A stretch of 64,000 nt of DNA. Source: Hemiscyllium ocellatum (lineage: Eukaryota). Positions 60,701 to 64,000 of the stretch are shown here, piece by piece. The notes beneath the pieces are model-generated. The model worked only from the letters and a program-made list of their open reading frames with translations, made no database searches and had not been told where the DNA came from. A program made the translations under genes and the position numbers. Positions within the stretch are counted from its first letter, which is position 1. Every line of letters begins with the position of its first letter. The stretch spans positions 18,310,341-18,374,340 of the forward strand of contig NC_083409.1 of assembly GCF_020745735.1 (NCBI RefSeq). The letters are read 5' to 3'.

Positions 60701-63700
60701 ATCACCACCACCTTGTTACTCCTACATCTTTCCATAATCTGTTTACATATTTGTACCTCTATCCCACATTCACTCTTAGAGCCTTGTAGGATAGCACCGA
60801 CATTGTTACTGCACCCTTCCTGTTTCTGAGCTCTGCCCATATTGCCCCACTGCTCGAGTCCTCCATAGTGCCCTCCTTCAGCACACCTGTGATAACCACT
60901 CTGACCAATAATGCAACTCCTCCATCCCTTTTACCTCCCTCTCAAACCCATCGGATACCTCTGTATCCTGGGATATTTAGTTGCCAATCTTGCCCTTCCC
61001 TCAACCACGTCTCAGTAATAGCAATAACATCATACTCCCAGATACTAATCCAAGCCCAAAATTCCTCTGCCTTACCTACTACACTTCTCACATTAAAACA
61101 ATACACCTCAGACCATCTGTCCCTTTGCTTTCATCATCTGCCCCCGACCTACTCTTAACCTTAGTCACGCTAACTTCAATATCTAGTTCCTGACAGGCTT
61201 TAGTTACTCCCTCCTTATTGTCCACTAACTTCCTCATTTGGTTCCCATCCCTCTGCTACACTATTTTGAACGTGATCAAACATATCCCACAGGACACTGG
61301 TTTCAGTCCTGCCCAGGTGTAGACCACTCGATTTGTAATTGTCCCACCTCCCCAGGAACCAGTCCCAATGTCCCAAAAATCTGAACCCCTCCCTCCTGCA
61401 CCATCTCTCAGGCCACGCATTCATCCTGCCTATACTTTCATTTCGACTCTGACTAGCACATGGCACTGGGAGCAATCCTGAGATTACTACCTCTGAGATC
61501 CTACATTTTAATATGGTTCCTAACTCCCTAAATTCTGCTTGTCGGACCTCATCCCATTTATTACCAATATCATCGGTGCCTACATGAACCGTCACAGTTA
61601 GCTGTTTACCTCCCCCTTCAGAATGTCCTGTAGCCGATCTGAGACATCCCTGAGCCGTACAGCTGGGAGGCAACATGCTATTCGTGAGTCTTGTCTTTGA
61701 CCACAGAACCGCCGATCTACTCCCTTTACAAAGTCCAAACAAACCGTGTCCATGGGCCCCCCTTATCAAATCCACTCACTACATCCTCAAACAATTCCAG
61801 TCGATTTTTTAAGCATGATTTCCCTTTCGAAAATTCATGCTTACTATCTCCAGTTCTGTCACTGTTTTCAAAGTGCTAAGCTATCAAATATTTTGTAATG
61901 AACTTGAGCATTTTCTCCACTGCTGATTTCTAGCTAATTGGTCTAAAATGTTTGATTTTCCCCCTCTCTCTCTCTCTCTCTTTCAATAATCGTGTTAAAT
62001 TAGCTCCCTCCACTCTGTTTGACCTATTCCACAGTCGACAAACAGATAACCATCAATGTTTCTAATATTTTACAACCACTTCCTGAAGCACTCCTGAAAA
62101 TAGATTATTTGGCCCTGCTGATTTAACACACTTTAATTTTCCCAGAACCATTTTCCTCAACAACTGATTTCCTTCAGCTCATTCCTCTGATAAAACCCCA
62201 AGTTCACCAACATGTCTGAGATTTATTTGAGAATTCATTTGTGCAGCAAGATCCAGAATATGTTTATCTGTCATCTCTTTGTTCCAACGATAACATTATA
62301 ACACTTATGTGAAACTTCCTTGAATGTCATCTGGACGTCCATATAAACAACACATTCCCTTATCTCCCACATTAGTGACCTCGTTAAAACATGTAACCAG
62401 GTTAGTTAAAAATGTCTGACCCTTTTTAAATCCATGCTGACTTACTCTGATCTGTTCATATTTGTCAGACATTCTGTCTCTAAACCAGATTCAATTACTT
62501 CCCAACAATAGACATTCAATGGAGATGTTCATTGTGAGTGAGGTTAGTAAACAGCTAGCACTGACATGACGGGCTGAACAGCCTCCTCCTAGAGTCACAG
62601 AGTCAAAGAGATATTCAGAATGGAAACAGACCCTTCGGTCCAACTTGTCCATGCTGACCAGACATCCCAAACCAATCTAGTCCCACTTGCCAACTCCTGG
62701 CCCAGATCCCTCCAAACCCTTCCAATTCATATACCCATTCAGATGCCTTTTAAATGTTGCAATTGTACCAGCCTCTACCACTTCCTCTGCTCTCACCACC
62801 TTGTGCATGAAAAAGTTGCTCCTCAAGTCTCTTTTATATCTTTCCCCTCTTACCCTAAACCTATGCCCTCTATTACTGGACTCCACCACCCCAGGGAAAA
62901 GACTTGGTCTCTTTGCCCTATCCATGCCCCTCATGATTTCATAAACCTCTGTAAGGTCACTCCTCAGCCTCCGACACTCCAGGGGAAATATCCCCAGCCT
63001 ATTTAACCTCTCCCTATAGCTTAAATCCTCCAACCCTGGTAACATCCTTTTATATCTTTTCCGAACCCTTCAAGTTTCACAACATCTTTCTGATAGGAAG
63101 GAGACCAGAATTGAATGCAATACTTCAAAAGTGGCCTAGGTGACCTCCCAATTCCTATACTCAATAATCTGACCATTAAAGGAAAGCATATCGAATGTCT
63201 TCTTCATTATCCTATCCAACTACTACTCTACTTTCAAGGAGCTATGAACATGCACTCTAAAGTCTCTTTGTTCAGCAACACTCCCGAGGACCTTACTATT
63301 AAGAGTATAAGTCCTGCTCAGATTTGCTTTCCCAAATGCAGCACCTTACATTTATCTAAATTAAACTCCATCTGCCATTCCTCAGCTCAATTGCCCATTG
63401 GATCAAGATCCTATTGTAATCTGACGTAACCTTCTTCACTGTCCACTTCACCTCCAATTTTCGTGTCATTTGCAAACTTACTAACTCTACCGCCTATGTT
63501 CATATCCAAATCATTTATGTAAATGACAAAAAGTAGTTGACCCAGCACCAATCCTTATGACACTCCACTGGCCACAGGCCTCCAATCTGAAAAACATCCC
63601 TCCACTACCACCCTCTGTATTCTACCTTTGAGCCAGTTCTGTATCCAAATGGCTAGTTCTCCTGTATTCCATGAGATCTAACCTTGCTAACCTGTCTCCC

Positions 63701-64000
63701 ATGGGGAACCTTGTCAAATGCCTTATTGAAGTCCATTCAGATCCTGTCTAATGCTCTGCCCTTATCAATTCTTTCTGTTACTTCTTCAAAAGATTCAATC
63801 AAGTTTGTGAGACATGATTTCCCACACACAAAACCATGCTGCCCAACCCTAATCAGTCTTTGCCTTTCCAAATGTATGGACAATTTGTCCCTCAGGATTC
63901 CGGCTCATTGGTCTACAATTCCCTGACTTGTCCTTACCACCTTTCTTAAATAGTGGCACCAATTAGTGAACCTCCAGTCTTCTGGCACATCATCTGTGAC
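51761..64000. repeat. Copy B of direct duplication: upstream region of an inferred third kappa cluster
   Basis: Colinear with 12342-26400, and begins inside unit 6 of the 44-bp array. Confidence 0.93.
55170..55439 (-). promoter_or_regulatory. Candidate enhancer, third paralog
   Basis: EICE 55271-55262, CAGCTG 55242-55247, RUNX TGTGGT 55343-55348. The CAGATG E-box is lost (AAGATG). Confidence 0.5.

Noticed and set aside
51761-64000. Possibility that this is an uncollapsed allele of 12342-26400
   Set aside because: Divergence of several percent with multiple indels and TE presence/absence differences favours a paralog. Not fully excluded without read depth.

Overview
Eukaryotic DNA from a cartilaginous fish. 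Shark HE1-type SINEs, CR1 LINEs and an NS4-like kappa C exon point to a carpet-shark-like species (inference). The window is part of an immunoglobulin kappa (NS4/type III) light-chain multi-cluster locus in repeat-dense DNA. Cluster 1 (minus strand, 1333-11488) is a split L-V-12RSS / 23RSS-J-C cluster and a pseudogene: V has a stop codon and Cys23>Trp, the V heptamer is TACAGTG, the J donor is GC, and C has a frameshifting deletion. Cluster 2 (plus strand, from 43977) is an inverted paralog with an intact, in-frame, already joined VJ exon and no RSS. Its J-C intron runs into a 13-N gap at 51748-51760, about 1.4 kb before the C exon is expected. After the gap, 51761-64000 is a direct paralog of the cluster-1 upstream region (12342-26400), implying a third, minus-strand cluster hidden in the gap. 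Most notable non-coding signals: a PU.1/IRF (EICE) + E-box + RUNX block conserved upstream of all three clusters; a UPRE-type TGACGTGG next to the V promoter octamer; a 44-bp minisatellite with a forkhead motif in every unit; ~100-bp Penelope-derived insertions built around minimal hammerhead-ribozyme motifs with 14-15-bp TSDs; and a Gmr1-type LTR retrotransposon relic. All motif calls, alignments and counts were made by eye; TE boundaries are approximate.
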